This document shows positions 12,001 to 17,987 of a stretch of 64,000 bases of DNA, piece after piece. The notes below the pieces were generated by a model. The model saw only the letters and a program-made list of their open reading frames with translations, was not told the DNA's origin and searched no databases. Origin of the DNA: an uncultured Gemmataceae bacterium (GTDB lineage: Bacteria > Planctomycetota > Planctomycetia > Gemmatales > Gemmataceae). The stretch spans positions 3,104,001 through 3,168,000 of the forward strand of contig CAVVPN010000003.1 in the NCBI GenBank assembly GCA_963750165.1, given 5' to 3'. The stretch's first letter is position 1; the number at the start of each line of letters is the position of its first letter. The position numbers and the translations under genes were made by a program.

Positions 12001-12056
12001 TTCCTGGGAGCCTGATTCACTCGACGCAAGGGGAAAATGTTCCAGATCACGTACAT
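57..12056 (-). CDS. Giant (3999 aa) planctomycete surface/adhesin-like protein: autotransporter-associated beta-strand repeats, Ig-like domains, C-terminal cohesin-dockerin-cohesin
   Basis: Uninterrupted Gly/Thr/Ser/Asn-rich ORF. N-terminal KRKLYLEQLEVREVP planctomycete extracellular motif. Many LxKxGxGTLTLSGxNTYTGGT repeats and SYxGGDGNDVTL motifs. Ig-like segments (TLTATV...GTVNFYDGTT...GTHSITAMY). Dockerin-like GDVHADGHYTGLDA...TGLDA flanked by cohesin-like segments (LTYDPTLL, IEFDPSKF). Confidence 0.9.
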   Translation of the reverse strand: MYVIWNIFPLRRVNQAPRKLFRSAKNRPETGGKRKLYLEQLEVREVPTAYTWVPTAAGAFDWNNPANWSPNTGFPNAVGDVANLNNAIVGSETINLNQAITVGTLNLGASSGTSTFTVAGNGGSLTLNDPTAAAINKTTGGADVISANIALGTAATVNTTVAMTISGMISGSVALTKAGAANLTLSGANTFTGGVNQNAGEITIGNATGLGTGKLTVATTAPFNTTTGGTSSPSPFLYININSPTITVANAIALPAPTAADYFTIQSLGGNGSAVTLSGVISGGGTNLGLELFNTVAGDVTSTYQFTGTNTFAAMKDVILYRSSFIVTSATSIGSSSNPFLLRATVNSTLGDLRFAASGITFPNPIQTISGDGNDTVDPSGFNDTLSGVISNTGPFTEVGTGSLTLTATSTYTGATVISGGTLYLNGTLSATTSVAVASGATLAGTNGTINSAATTTVTGTLSPGNGTNPGVLNLGSLAFGSGGVYNLTLNGVAAVAPTTYDQVTVAGTVNLANGSLGLASQNLANINASVPLLIIKNNGTSAVTNPFLNQPEGSTITLGGINYTVSYVGGDGNDVTLTRQASTTYTVDTSYDSSTPGWGVTAFATIGSAIAAAPAAPDTVISVDPGTYNEAVVINEQLTLEFTGAVNINSLADTVTNAAVVLNAGSMLTTGSDNTSTSFSSVIAGAGQLVKTGTGVFTLNNASNSYTGGTVVSGGDLLLGAAGALPSNNTFATDYSVTVNAPGTLTLNGKTESLVGLSGDGTVEDASSTNITLTVGTFNGTSTFGGVLQNGTGTGKLSLLKTGTGTFTLSGTASTYTGVTTVSAGTLAVMALALGGQPSSIGASTSADTNLLIQNGADFQYAAVGSTATTDRSFLVNNSGGAIFEVTDPGSTVNDSGSVYSAGFAFAKNGAGTLNFSTNDALDTNFTAGAAGITVNGGTLGVANIKLTRSSSSSHLMTLNAGTFLNSSGTIETIATTTAQFSAISGAGTINLVSTTDNATNPDIYFNVGSVVNSNADDGDNISAAINLGSSPRYVEGLTEHNSVPSYGQYADSAFTGVISGSAGASLILLGEDNYNPSSGSNWMEMPFYLDNGANTFTGPIQIQRGSLYFSATGSLPGNNLTLSPASGNNARFYLDGISANIGDLNSSGAGTSLIANSPGYTSVNPATLTITSTTADTFAGSIVQTQTDGVTTASGTSGAISLVLNGTGSLTLSGTTSITGTVNVNGSSTLNASGSFTASGTGNDNIASGATLISGSGAAMTLGGAVVVNGTLVPGGYDVGGSITTAGLSFGTGGILSVDLLGNSPGVATGYDQIISTGPVDLTNAVLNLANVNVNNVNPGISLSIIHGNSPINGNFASVTGTNVSYTSLTEGSTITVGTGSSAVNFTISYVGGIVGYDVTLTRQSGSTYTVDTTFNSSTPGYGVTTFSTMGSCLAVVPAFSNIVVDAGTYNEDVVVNQPETVQIQVGSTSFNSLADTVSNNVVDLLGNLTVGADNMTTTFSSSIIGPGSLTQTGTGVFTLGGANSFSGGLTVSAGAIDSGSTSAGGTGSLTVASGADFQLDGYSQTFTQVSNSGTIENNSTTPATLSFPNSGPNTFTGVFNNGAAGGALSLNISGSGTLIFAGASNYSGSTTDNGVALQAGSTTALGVNSTTTLNNGASLALEGFNLSLGSIAGSGNVSNGGTTNAVLTVGGDGTSTTSAGLFSDGGTGTLALLKTGAGTFQMNGVTSATPNTYSGGTIVSQGTLETGNPNGWGTGSITLADANSGSIPIGLLLTNNVNLSNPITVTNNGTGTVTIGTFYTNGQNVSYFNSNITLGRSVTFQGGNTLITGFTGFITGPGGITTTTVNGSSRVSLVRSSTAYPVNNYAGSLTIGAGSPVEVEIATADGNTAIPDGATVNFANATSTLEFAPTGADTETVNALVSQVAGAGVIQPFYGANTATFNLVIGAGDASGNYSGTIIANAGSGIDLLSLTKTGTGTQTLTGVNTYTAGTTVQGGTLLVNNTSGSGLGTGPVTVGALGLLGGTGIFTGAVSVSGVLAPGGVGATSVFKTGALTFGAGGVFDVDINGTTAGTGYDQLQVTGTANLNNGNLVVNAGSGLTQGSTFTILTSTGALSGAFANGATIVAANNPQDIFTVSIMANSVVLTLASVTNGTSPTLDVTAGGVTFSALGGANDGLTVSNTAGAYTVADSAGAITLTSNAISAGWSVNGDGSVTGPTAGVTSFLLNLGDGTDQITSLDAGSANVTVDGTGSLAIAGATTTTGNFTILGFATLAVQNTLSATTITTNLPGTITATAGSQLAGTTLNLGAEGGIGTPANNVLTAGTTIATATVGPVYLTEAAGGTITSSTYGLNDIVLTNLTGSLTVTATTTDGNIIVNNQGSDLTLTAAAGGFGNVTASTAAGTLTIAGATTALFGNIALSSGGAVAVNANVGSSTDEGTIAISANTLGSGSGGYTQATTATLRTTNTSATGIVINVNTAMGGSGDAVLGGAIVGTATAGTYTVNANGGSIIDNTAFTFPNHTAAASPTWAITAFNTVFNTSGAGSIGASQLQPLIVNTTNNASAGSFVAGSGGIYVLSFGNGITFASGTGYFQVVTQAIAAGAGNIWIQTTNEGNHGLIINGPVWTQSGNIQLDSDDNLVMNGSAVIGGTMNTQQFSGNVLIHANMDLAGGQYLQMNSGSSITTTSTAANAVVVHAYPTTTGGGIQAGNITVGNGGGIQLYAAFDASQEPVQNPPVTDVTNPTNPARSGSITQMSGTILDAGATGTITLEAASLGVATEGNIGSTGSIQTNAGTVNAISTNEASATGGTISVTNQGPATFTASTTAVSGTSIGGISLSTVTGLLTVAGVNVASGGSIILIGAGGVTIAAGATLGNSLTAGINIYASGNNATLNTTLTLYDNESLYVAGNPGLLIGATGVLAGTGATYNSYPVTTQTGGVISPGSTDSPTGILTTGTVDMSAGGTFFADLTSTGSNELNVNGTINLMGAPTLTGTLGTGFNAPVGTVFTIMNASSPISGTFAGLPEGSVAVIGGLPFTVSYLANGGDSVTLTLTNNVNTATAVVASPNPVLAGQTETLTATVSLPTGTGVGFPGGTVNFYDGTTLLNTTPATLDANGMATFTTTTLTPGTHSITAMYEGDGSSPADFNTSTSTAVTLTVNQAPAVTMQPTDQTVNSGSSATFTAVASGFPIPMAQWFVSTNGGTSYTPVSGATSATLTLSNVTTDMSGNLYEVTFTNTVGSATSNAALLTVNSSTIMTTTTLTDLGPSPSLNFGGTIQPVAFLVHVTPASGSVAGDTVSLSDNNVAITGATGTLDANGNATITVANFAVGAHPITATFATQGNFAPSTSPQVSQSVVSTFQVDSATLSGNAIRLVFDGPIDPTTTQLYYSPGTTAVAPDVTVTGPSGNIKGSLVIDATNPNVATFVATAGQFAAGSYTVAVTTAVKAVGGATLTANYSQALTAAPVTPLVTAANVARGPGETVNVPNNSTGLPISVSGITTAVASASFTLTYDPTLLSVTAAALSTDAATNGNLVLNPITFTSIDAHHMQITFTIVGGTGGGHWNPTGGTGTLLTLTATVPQNAPYTDKALLATQNVVINTAAAQGDAAVDVNAYPGDVHADGHYTGLDATLISRVAVGAGTGFSPFKDLDPFLIGGVSGSSTLAVTGLDATDVSRAVVGSFPSAIPQPPSGITIMGPTGPDPRLYLAAASGSAGQTVTVQERLNVTASSGVEVDAIDSVIEFDPSKFTVANLRAGSLLPGYLVVSNIDAVHGIIRVTEFTASPVQAAFGTDGAVLLIDFTVNARAPAGPSPLKLAANNGATTTGAYNADGPLTLSPAPHNPSTLPISNGTVSSFVAGVDNYFTVVGPSSAAKNLPTPPAVPAGKSPVTLSPVFVSGVSSAVQPIQPPANALPAANPGVPTGTVGTLTLPGATGLPVTDNPTGLVALDEFWRRYGDQGALGLGDDVASAESYAPADLEPLRFADQVWALAKEELGAT

Positions 12057-12485
12057 CTCCAGAGCAAAAACAGCGGTGCATCCGGGCTCCGCGAACCCAA
12101 ATCGCCACCAGGAGTAGGTAAGAAAGTTCCAGACCCTGGACCATCCCAGACAGGGGTGTAAAACCGAATTGCGACGAGTAACCTCCCCCGTCGCAATTCA
12201 ACTCAGGCCGGTCAATGAAAAAACGACCCAAACATCGTTGGGCAATTTAGGCGGTTTGGGTAAATTGAATATTGGCTGGGATACGAAACCTTACTGTCGG
12301 TCTGCGCAGCATCACCTTACGGTGGTCCCCCCCTATGATGAACGTAATTCCCAGCCGTATCGGACTGGAATTCATCAATCGAAAGGAAAATTGGTGGCGG
12401 CCTTGACGGGCAAGCAAGGCGACTCGAATGGCATGGAGAGGTAGTATCCGGACGAAGAGAACCGTCAAGGACTTGCGTCATGGCC

Positions 12486-12606
12486 GAAGCGACCGACTCC
12501 GTCCTGGACCACCTTCGCGCGGGCTGCGGCCTCACCGGGGGTCTCCAGGGACACCGTCTCGCGCTACCTCGCCAAAGCCGGCGACCAGGCCAAGAATCGC
12601 CACGAC
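12486..12606 (+). pseudogene. Short remnant of an IS1-like transposase HTH region
   Basis: Two frames join to give SVLDHLRAGCG|LTGVSRDTVSRYLAKAGDQAKNRHD, resembling (from recall) the HTH region of IS1-family transposases in planctomycetes. No full ORF or IS ends seen. Confidence 0.5.
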
Positions 12607-12698
12607 GGCGGAAGCCGGGGCCGGGCCGACCGCCGGGAGCTGCCGGCGTCGGAGTCTGTTTTTACAAACCACCTGCCTGATTCGGCTTACAAAAACCG

Positions 12699-13736
12699 TC
12701 AACTGCTAGAGAGAATGTGCATAATGTCGCCATCCTTGACCGCATACGTCTTCGACTCCAGCCGGTAAACGCCGTGCGCCTTGGCCTCCTTCATCGAGCC
12801 GACGCGCTGGAAATCCTCGTAGCCGACCACCTCCGCCCGCACGAAGCCGCGCGCCAGGTCCGTGTGAATCTGCCCCGCCCCCTCGACCGCGTTCGCCCCC
12901 TTCGGAATGCTCCACGCCCGGCACTCGTCCTCGCCCACCGTGAAGAACACCATCTGGCCCATCGCGTCGTAGATCGTCCGCAAAATGTGGTCGCGCGAAA
13001 AGCCCGTCACACCCAGGTCCTGCATGAACGCCTGCCGGTCCTCCTCCGGCAACTCCTCCAACTCCAGTTCCAGCTTCGCCGGCGCCGCGAACGCAGTCGC
13101 GGCCAGCTGCAGCAGCCCCGGCGGCAGCGGCTTCTTGACGCCGGCCTCGTCGCAGTTGACCAGCACCACCTCCGGCTTGAGCGTCAGCAGCTGAAAACTG
13201 CGGATCGCCTTTTCCTCGTCTTCCTTCAGGCCGAGCGTGTGCGCTCCCTGGCCGGCCTCCAGCGCCTCACGCACGCGCTGCAGCAGCGCCAACTCGTACT
13301 GGTCCGCCTCTTTTTCCTTGGCCGGTCGCGACTTCTTCAACTGGGCGTTGAGCCGGTCAATGCGGTTGGTCACGATCTCCAGGTCGGCGAACAGCAACTC
13401 CTCGCGGAACGCTTGCAGTTCCCGCGCCAGCTCGCCGCCACCAAAACCGTTCAGCACCACCAGCAGGCCGCCGGCGTCGCGCATAATTGCCAGGCGGCGC
13501 GGGTTGTCGCGCCGCTCCGTCGGTAGCAGCCCTGGCGTGTCCAGGAACTCCAGCGTTGTCGGCGTCGTCTTCTTGGGCTGGAACAGTTTTGACAGCCAGG
13601 TGAGGCGCTCGTCCGGGATTTTCGCGATGCCCTGCTGGCCGTGCTGGCTCTTGGCCGGGTCCGGCTTGACGCCGGTCAGCCACTCGAAGACCGTGCTCTT
13701 GCCCGAGCCGGAAAAACCTGCGATGCCCACTTTCAT
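12699..13736 (-). CDS. ychF: YchF/Obg-family P-loop NTPase with C-terminal TGS-like (DUF933) domain; divergent paralog
   Basis: GFSGSGKST P-loop, KIPDERL, DTPGL, FFTVGEDECRAW, AGQIHTDLARGFVRAEV, KTYAVKDGDI. Confidence 0.85.
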   Translation of the reverse strand: MKVGIAGFSGSGKSTVFEWLTGVKPDPAKSQHGQQGIAKIPDERLTWLSKLFQPKKTTPTTLEFLDTPGLLPTERRDNPRRLAIMRDAGGLLVVLNGFGGGELARELQAFREELLFADLEIVTNRIDRLNAQLKKSRPAKEKEADQYELALLQRVREALEAGQGAHTLGLKEDEEKAIRSFQLLTLKPEVVLVNCDEAGVKKPLPPGLLQLAATAFAAPAKLELELEELPEEDRQAFMQDLGVTGFSRDHILRTIYDAMGQMVFFTVGEDECRAWSIPKGANAVEGAGQIHTDLARGFVRAEVVGYEDFQRVGSMKEAKAHGVYRLESKTYAVKDGDIMHILSSS

Positions 13737-13827
13737 GGTCGTGCCTGCGGAGGTGCGTTCTCAGGAAAATCCACTATGTTTGTAATAGAACCAATCCGCC
13801 AACCGCCCAGGGTGAGGCCCGCCGCCG

Positions 13828-14556
13828 ATGTGCGATGAATGGATGCCGTCGTTGACCCTGCCGCTGACGCCCGAACAGTTCCGCCTGCTGCCGCGCCACA
13901 GCGCCTACCGCTTCGAGTACCTCGACGGCCAGGCACACCTCAGTCCGCGGCCCCGCCACTATCACGCCCTGCTCGACCTCACCGCAGTGGCGCTGGAAGC
14001 GGAGCGCCGGCTGCGCGTGCGGCCGGCGGCGCCAGCGGACACGCCGGAACTGGAACGCGTCTTCGCGGCGGCGTTCGACCGGGTCCAACCGTTCGGCGGT
14101 CTGGAGGACGACAAACGCCGTGAGGCGGCCCGCACGTGCCTGCAGCGGACGCTGACCGGCGGCGACGGGCCGTTAATCGAGGCGGCCTGCTTCGTCGCTC
14201 TGGAGGAGGACGGTGCCGCGGTCGGGGCCGTGTTCGTGACGCTGCTGCCCGACGGTGATCCGTGCGACTGGGACAGCTACGGCTGGCGCACGCCGCCGCC
14301 GCCGGACGCCGTGGCCCGGCGGCTGGGCCGGCCGCACCTGACGTGGATTTTCGTCGAACCGCTGTCCGCGGGCCAGGGCGCCGGTACCACGCTGCTGGCG
14401 GCGGCGGTGCGGGCGCTGCTGCGGCTGGGCTTCCGTGAGTTGGCCAGCACGTTCCTGCGCGGCAACGACTCAAGCATGCTGTGGCACTGGCGCAACGGCT
14501 TCCGACTGCTGCCCTACCCGGGATCGCTGCGCAGGCACCGCAACCGCCCAGGTTGA
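13828..14556 (+). CDS. GNAT-family N-acetyltransferase
   Basis: IFVEPLSAGQGAGTTLL acetyl-CoA motif A and GNDSSMLWHWRNGF motif B; coding-like codon usage. Confidence 0.75.
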   Translation: MCDEWMPSLTLPLTPEQFRLLPRHSAYRFEYLDGQAHLSPRPRHYHALLDLTAVALEAERRLRVRPAAPADTPELERVFAAAFDRVQPFGGLEDDKRREAARTCLQRTLTGGDGPLIEAACFVALEEDGAAVGAVFVTLLPDGDPCDWDSYGWRTPPPPDAVARRLGRPHLTWIFVEPLSAGQGAGTTLLAAAVRALLRLGFRELASTFLRGNDSSMLWHWRNGFRLLPYPGSLRRHRNRPG

Positions 14557-14656
14557 GGCCCGGTTTTTCCCCGCCACCCCGCGGCCTCGGCGGGGTTTCA
14601 TACGGCGGTGGCGCCCCTCTCCGGGAGGCTCTCTCCAACCTTCCGAAAATAGCCAG

Positions 14657-14686
14657 TTGAACTGCGGTATGGGACCACGGTATACT
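14657..14686 (+). promoter_or_regulatory. Putative sigma70-type promoter for the protease pair
   Basis: TTGAAC-N18-TATACT about 105 bp upstream of ATG 14792. Confidence 0.35.
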
Positions 14687-14791
14687 ACACTTGTTTAAAA
14701 TTCGTGAAGCCCCGCCGTGGTGCCTCGCCGAGGTGCCCCCCGTGGACACCCACACCGCTCTACCCCCCTGCCTGTCGAGGGAGAACGTCGA

Positions 14792-15829
14792 ATGTGGATT
14801 GACCTTCTGCCCCGGAATCGCCCTGCCGTGAAACTTATTGCCAGCCTGCTCCTGGGCCTGGCACTCCTGTGGACGCCACGCGCGTCCGCCGACCGCCCCA
14901 AAAATGCCGACATTCCGCCGCCGCCACCTGTGTTCAACAAGGCGGTGCCGGAAAGCGTTCAGGATCTCAAGGACATTCAGGTCCATGTCCGCAAGGTCGT
15001 GGAAAAAGTCGTGCCCTGCACCGTCGGTCTGCGCATCGGCGCCGGCTCGGGCAGCGGCGTCATCGTCAGCGAGGACGGCTACGTGCTGACCGCCGGCCAC
15101 GTCTCCGGCAAGGCCGGCCAGAACGTGGTCATCATCATGCCCGACGGCCGCCAGCTCAAGGGCAAGAGCCTCGGCCGCAACACCAACATCGACAGCGGCA
15201 TGGTCAAGATCACCACCGCGGGCAAGTATCCGTACCTGGAAATGGGCAAGTCCAGCACCCTGAAGAAGGGTCAGTGGTGCATCGCCGTCGGCCACCCCGG
15301 CGGCTGGAAACAGGGCCGCACGCCGGTGGTGCGGTTGGGCCGTGTCCTGGACCTGGGCAAGGCCGCCATCCGCACCGATTGCGTGCTGGTCGGCGGCGAC
15401 TCGGGCGGGCCGCTGTTCGACATGCAGGGCCGCGTCATCGGCATCAACAGCCGCATCGCCGGGCCGATCACCGCCAATCTCCATGTGCCGGTGGACACCT
15501 TCCGCGACACCTGGGACCAGCTTGTCAAGGCCGACGAGTGGGGTCCGGGCACGAACTTCGGCAAGGCCCAGCCTTACCTTGGCGTTCAGGGCGACACCGA
15601 GAACAACAAGTGCAAGATCACGTCGGTCACGCCCAACTCGCCCGCCGAGAAGGCGGGCCTGAAGGCGGATGATATCGTCGTCAAGTTCGGCACCACCCGC
15701 ATTGACGACTACGACACCCTGGCCAGCATGATCCGCCGGAGTAAGGTCGGCGACCAGGTGGCCCTGGAGGTGGTGCGCGGCAACGAGACCATGACCTTGA
15801 CTGTGACCATCGGCAAGCGGCCGAACTGA
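14792..15829 (+). CDS. S1C (HtrA/DegP-like) serine protease with C-terminal PDZ domain, secreted
   Basis: GSGSGVIV, LTAGHV (His), DSGMVKI (Asp), GGDSGGPL (Ser), PYLGV...SPAEKAGLK PDZ. GAGGGAG RBS before ATG 14792; signal peptide. Confidence 0.9.
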   Translation: MWIDLLPRNRPAVKLIASLLLGLALLWTPRASADRPKNADIPPPPPVFNKAVPESVQDLKDIQVHVRKVVEKVVPCTVGLRIGAGSGSGVIVSEDGYVLTAGHVSGKAGQNVVIIMPDGRQLKGKSLGRNTNIDSGMVKITTAGKYPYLEMGKSSTLKKGQWCIAVGHPGGWKQGRTPVVRLGRVLDLGKAAIRTDCVLVGGDSGGPLFDMQGRVIGINSRIAGPITANLHVPVDTFRDTWDQLVKADEWGPGTNFGKAQPYLGVQGDTENNKCKITSVTPNSPAEKAGLKADDIVVKFGTTRIDDYDTLASMIRRSKVGDQVALEVVRGNETMTLTVTIGKRPN

Positions 15830-15884
15830 GCCGCCCGGCGCGCGAACCGTTTTCCACACCGGTTAGCGCGGTGGGCCCTCGGAG

Positions 15885-15944
15885 GTAGCGGAAGTCGCCG
15901 GACTTCCGTGCGGCACTGCTCGGAAGTCTGGCGACTTCCGCTAC
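15885..15944. repeat. GTAG-type REP doublet (family A)
   Basis: GTAGCGGAAGTCGCCGGACTTCCG...CGGAAGTCTGGCGACTTCCGCTAC; near-identical copy at 54860-54915. Confidence 0.8.
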
Positions 15945-16001
15945 CCCCGAACACACCGCGCTCGAGTTATTCCCCGTTTCATTCTTCGGAGTTCAGGGAC
16001 C

Positions 16002-17084
16002 ATGTTGGCGATCCGAAAAAGCTGGCCGGCCGTCTGGGTGGCGCTGGTCGTACTGGGGTTCGTTCTGGGCGGGGCCGAGCCGGCGCAGGCGCAGAAAAAG
16101 AGAGGGGGCGGCTTCGGCGGCATGGGTGGGACCGACGTGCTCATCAAGAGCACGCCGAAGTTCCTGAAAGCGTTCCGGCCAGCGGTGACGAAGGCGGCCG
16201 AGAGCACGTTCCGCGTGCTCTGCGACGGCGATGAACGCGCCCTGGGCGTCGCGGTGTCGTCGGACGGCTACCTGCTGACGCAGCTGCACGACCTGGACGG
16301 TAAAATCACCGTTCTGCTGCACGACGGCTCGACGCGTGACGCTCGCATCGTCGGTTCGCACAAGCTGCACGACCTGGCGCTGCTGAAGATCGACGCCACG
16401 GGGCTGAAGCCGGTCGTCTGGGGCGACAGCAAGCAAGTGCCGGTTGGCAGTTTCGTGGCCAGCGTGGGCACGGGGGTGGACCCGGTGGCGGTCGGCGTCA
16501 TCAGCGTGGCGGCCCGGGTGTCCAAGACCCCGCCGTGGCTGACGCCGTCGCCCAACAGTGGGTTTTTGGGCATCAGTTTGGCGAACGAGCCCAAGGCGGC
16601 CAAGGTCGCGTCGGTGGAGCCCACGGGGGCAGCCGCCAGGGCGGGCCTCAAGGTCAACGACGTGGTGCTGTCCATCTCCGGCAAGATCACGCCGGACGCC
16701 GATACGCTGATCCGCATCGTGCGGAAGTACAAGGTCGGCGAGACCATTGAGTTGAAGATCAAGCGCGGTGAGGAAGAGCTGGCGCTGAAGGCGACGCTGG
16801 GCAAGCGGCCGGCCAACATGGCCGACCGCGGCGAGTTCCAGAACAACCTGGGCAGCAAGCTGAGCAAGCTGCGCGGCGGCCACCCGAACATCCTGCAGCA
16901 CGACACGGTGCTGCAGCCGACCGACTGCGGCTGTCCGCTGGTGGACCTGGACGGCAACGTGGTCGGCATGAACATTTGCCGGGCCGGCCGCGTCGAGACG
17001 CACGCCATCCCGGCGGAGGTCGTGCGGACGGTGCTGCGCGACCTGCTCGCCGGCAAGCTGTCGCCGACCAGCAAGACGCCGTGA
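16002..17084 (+). CDS. S1C protease-like protein with inserted PDZ domain; Cys at the catalytic Ser position
   Basis: ALGVAVSSDGYLLT and HDLALLKI, then PDZ (GFLGISL...GAAARAGLKVND), then LQHDTVLQPTDCGCPLVDLDGNVVGMNI; signal peptide. Confidence 0.8.
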   Translation: MLAIRKSWPAVWVALVVLGFVLGGAEPAQAQKKRGGGFGGMGGTDVLIKSTPKFLKAFRPAVTKAAESTFRVLCDGDERALGVAVSSDGYLLTQLHDLDGKITVLLHDGSTRDARIVGSHKLHDLALLKIDATGLKPVVWGDSKQVPVGSFVASVGTGVDPVAVGVISVAARVSKTPPWLTPSPNSGFLGISLANEPKAAKVASVEPTGAAARAGLKVNDVVLSISGKITPDADTLIRIVRKYKVGETIELKIKRGEEELALKATLGKRPANMADRGEFQNNLGSKLSKLRGGHPNILQHDTVLQPTDCGCPLVDLDGNVVGMNICRAGRVETHAIPAEVVRTVLRDLLAGKLSPTSKTP

Positions 17085-17087
17085 CCT

Positions 17088-17131
17088 GCTTCTTCGTGGG
17101 GCAGACAGGAATGTCTGCCCCACGAAGAAGC
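17088..17131. repeat. Perfect 20-bp-stem REP/terminator hairpin after the protease pair
   Basis: GCTTCTTCGTGGGGCAGACA-GGAA-TGTCTGCCCCACGAAGAAGC directly after the stop at 17084. Confidence 0.7.
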
Positions 17132-17140
17132 GCGTTGCGG

Positions 17141-17169
17141 TTGACACGACCGCGGCGATTGTGTTCACT
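17141..17169 (+). promoter_or_regulatory. Putative sigma70-type promoter for methyltransferase-glycosyltransferase
   Basis: TTGACA-N17-TTCACT about 50 bp upstream of ATG 17220. Confidence 0.4.
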
Positions 17170-17219
17170 TAACGCCCATTCGTCAGAAGTCCTCCCGACG
17201 AGCGCAAGGAAGCGCCAGC

Positions 17220-17987
17220 ATGAACCATTTTCTGAACGGCGTCGTCCGTGCGACCGTGGAGACCTTCGCGCTGCCCGAGCCGATCCTGGAAATTGGCTCC
17301 TACCAGGTCGCCGGCCAGGAAGACATTCTCAACCTGCGTGGCCTGTTCCCGGGCAAGCGCTACACCGGTCTCGACTTCCGGGCCGGCCCCGGCGTGGACG
17401 TGGTGGGCGACGCGGAGCGGCTGCCGCAGGCGACCGGCTCGGTCGGCACCGTCATCGCCATGAACACCTTCGAGCACGTCCGCCGCTTCTGGCGGGCCTT
17501 CGCCGAGGTCGAGCGCGTGCTGCGGCCCGACGGCGTTTTCCTGCTGTCGGTGCCGTTCTACTTCCACATCCACGCCTTCCCCAGCGACTACTGGCGCTTC
17601 ACTCCCGAAGCGCTGCACCTGCTCCTGGAAGACTACCCGCACCGGCTGGTCGGCTGGCACGGTCCAAAGCGGCGGCCGGCGAATGTCTGGGCCGTGGCCT
17701 TCGGGCCCGACCACGCCCCGGTGCCGCCGGAGCAGCACGCCGGTTACCGCGAACGCCTGCGCCGTTACGCCCATGAGCCGCTGTCGCTGGGCCGGCGCCT
17801 GCGCTACCAGCTCGGCCGCTGGCTGTGCGGCCGCCGGCCGTTCGCTCCGTATCTGGATCTGAACCACTGGGACACCGAATGTCGCAGCACTTCTTTCCGC
17901 TCGACGCCGACGCCCCCGCGCCGCCGCCGTCCGCCCCGCGCCGCCGCCGTGCCAACCGCCGCCGCGCCTGGCGCCGCCAGCTGCTGA
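17220..17987 (+). CDS. Class I SAM-dependent methyltransferase (type 11-like)
   Basis: ILEIGS, YTGLD, GPGVDVVGDA, FEHV, RVLRPDG, HAFPSDYWRFTP. The low-complexity tail overlaps the next gene. Confidence 0.8.
   Translation: MNHFLNGVVRATVETFALPEPILEIGSYQVAGQEDILNLRGLFPGKRYTGLDFRAGPGVDVVGDAERLPQATGSVGTVIAMNTFEHVRRFWRAFAEVERVLRPDGVFLLSVPFYFHIHAFPSDYWRFTPEALHLLLEDYPHRLVGWHGPKRRPANVWAVAFGPDHAPVPPEQHAGYRERLRRYAHEPLSLGRRLRYQLGRWLCGRRPFAPYLDLNHWDTECRSTSFRSTPTPPRRRRPPRAAAVPTAAAPGAASC

Noticed and set aside
1179..12161. Very long plus-strand ORFs (1179-5723, 6111-7334, 8931-12161) opposite the giant gene
   Set aside because: Antisense shadows produced by high-GC3 codon bias; Arg/Gly/His-rich with no motifs. 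The same applies to most overlapping ORFs in the track.
12057..12480. Possible riboswitch or ncRNA in the AT-richer leader of the giant gene
   Set aside because: No recognisable c-di-GMP or other riboswitch consensus by eye; only a weak TTGACG promoter-like site near 12463. A covariance-model search would be needed.
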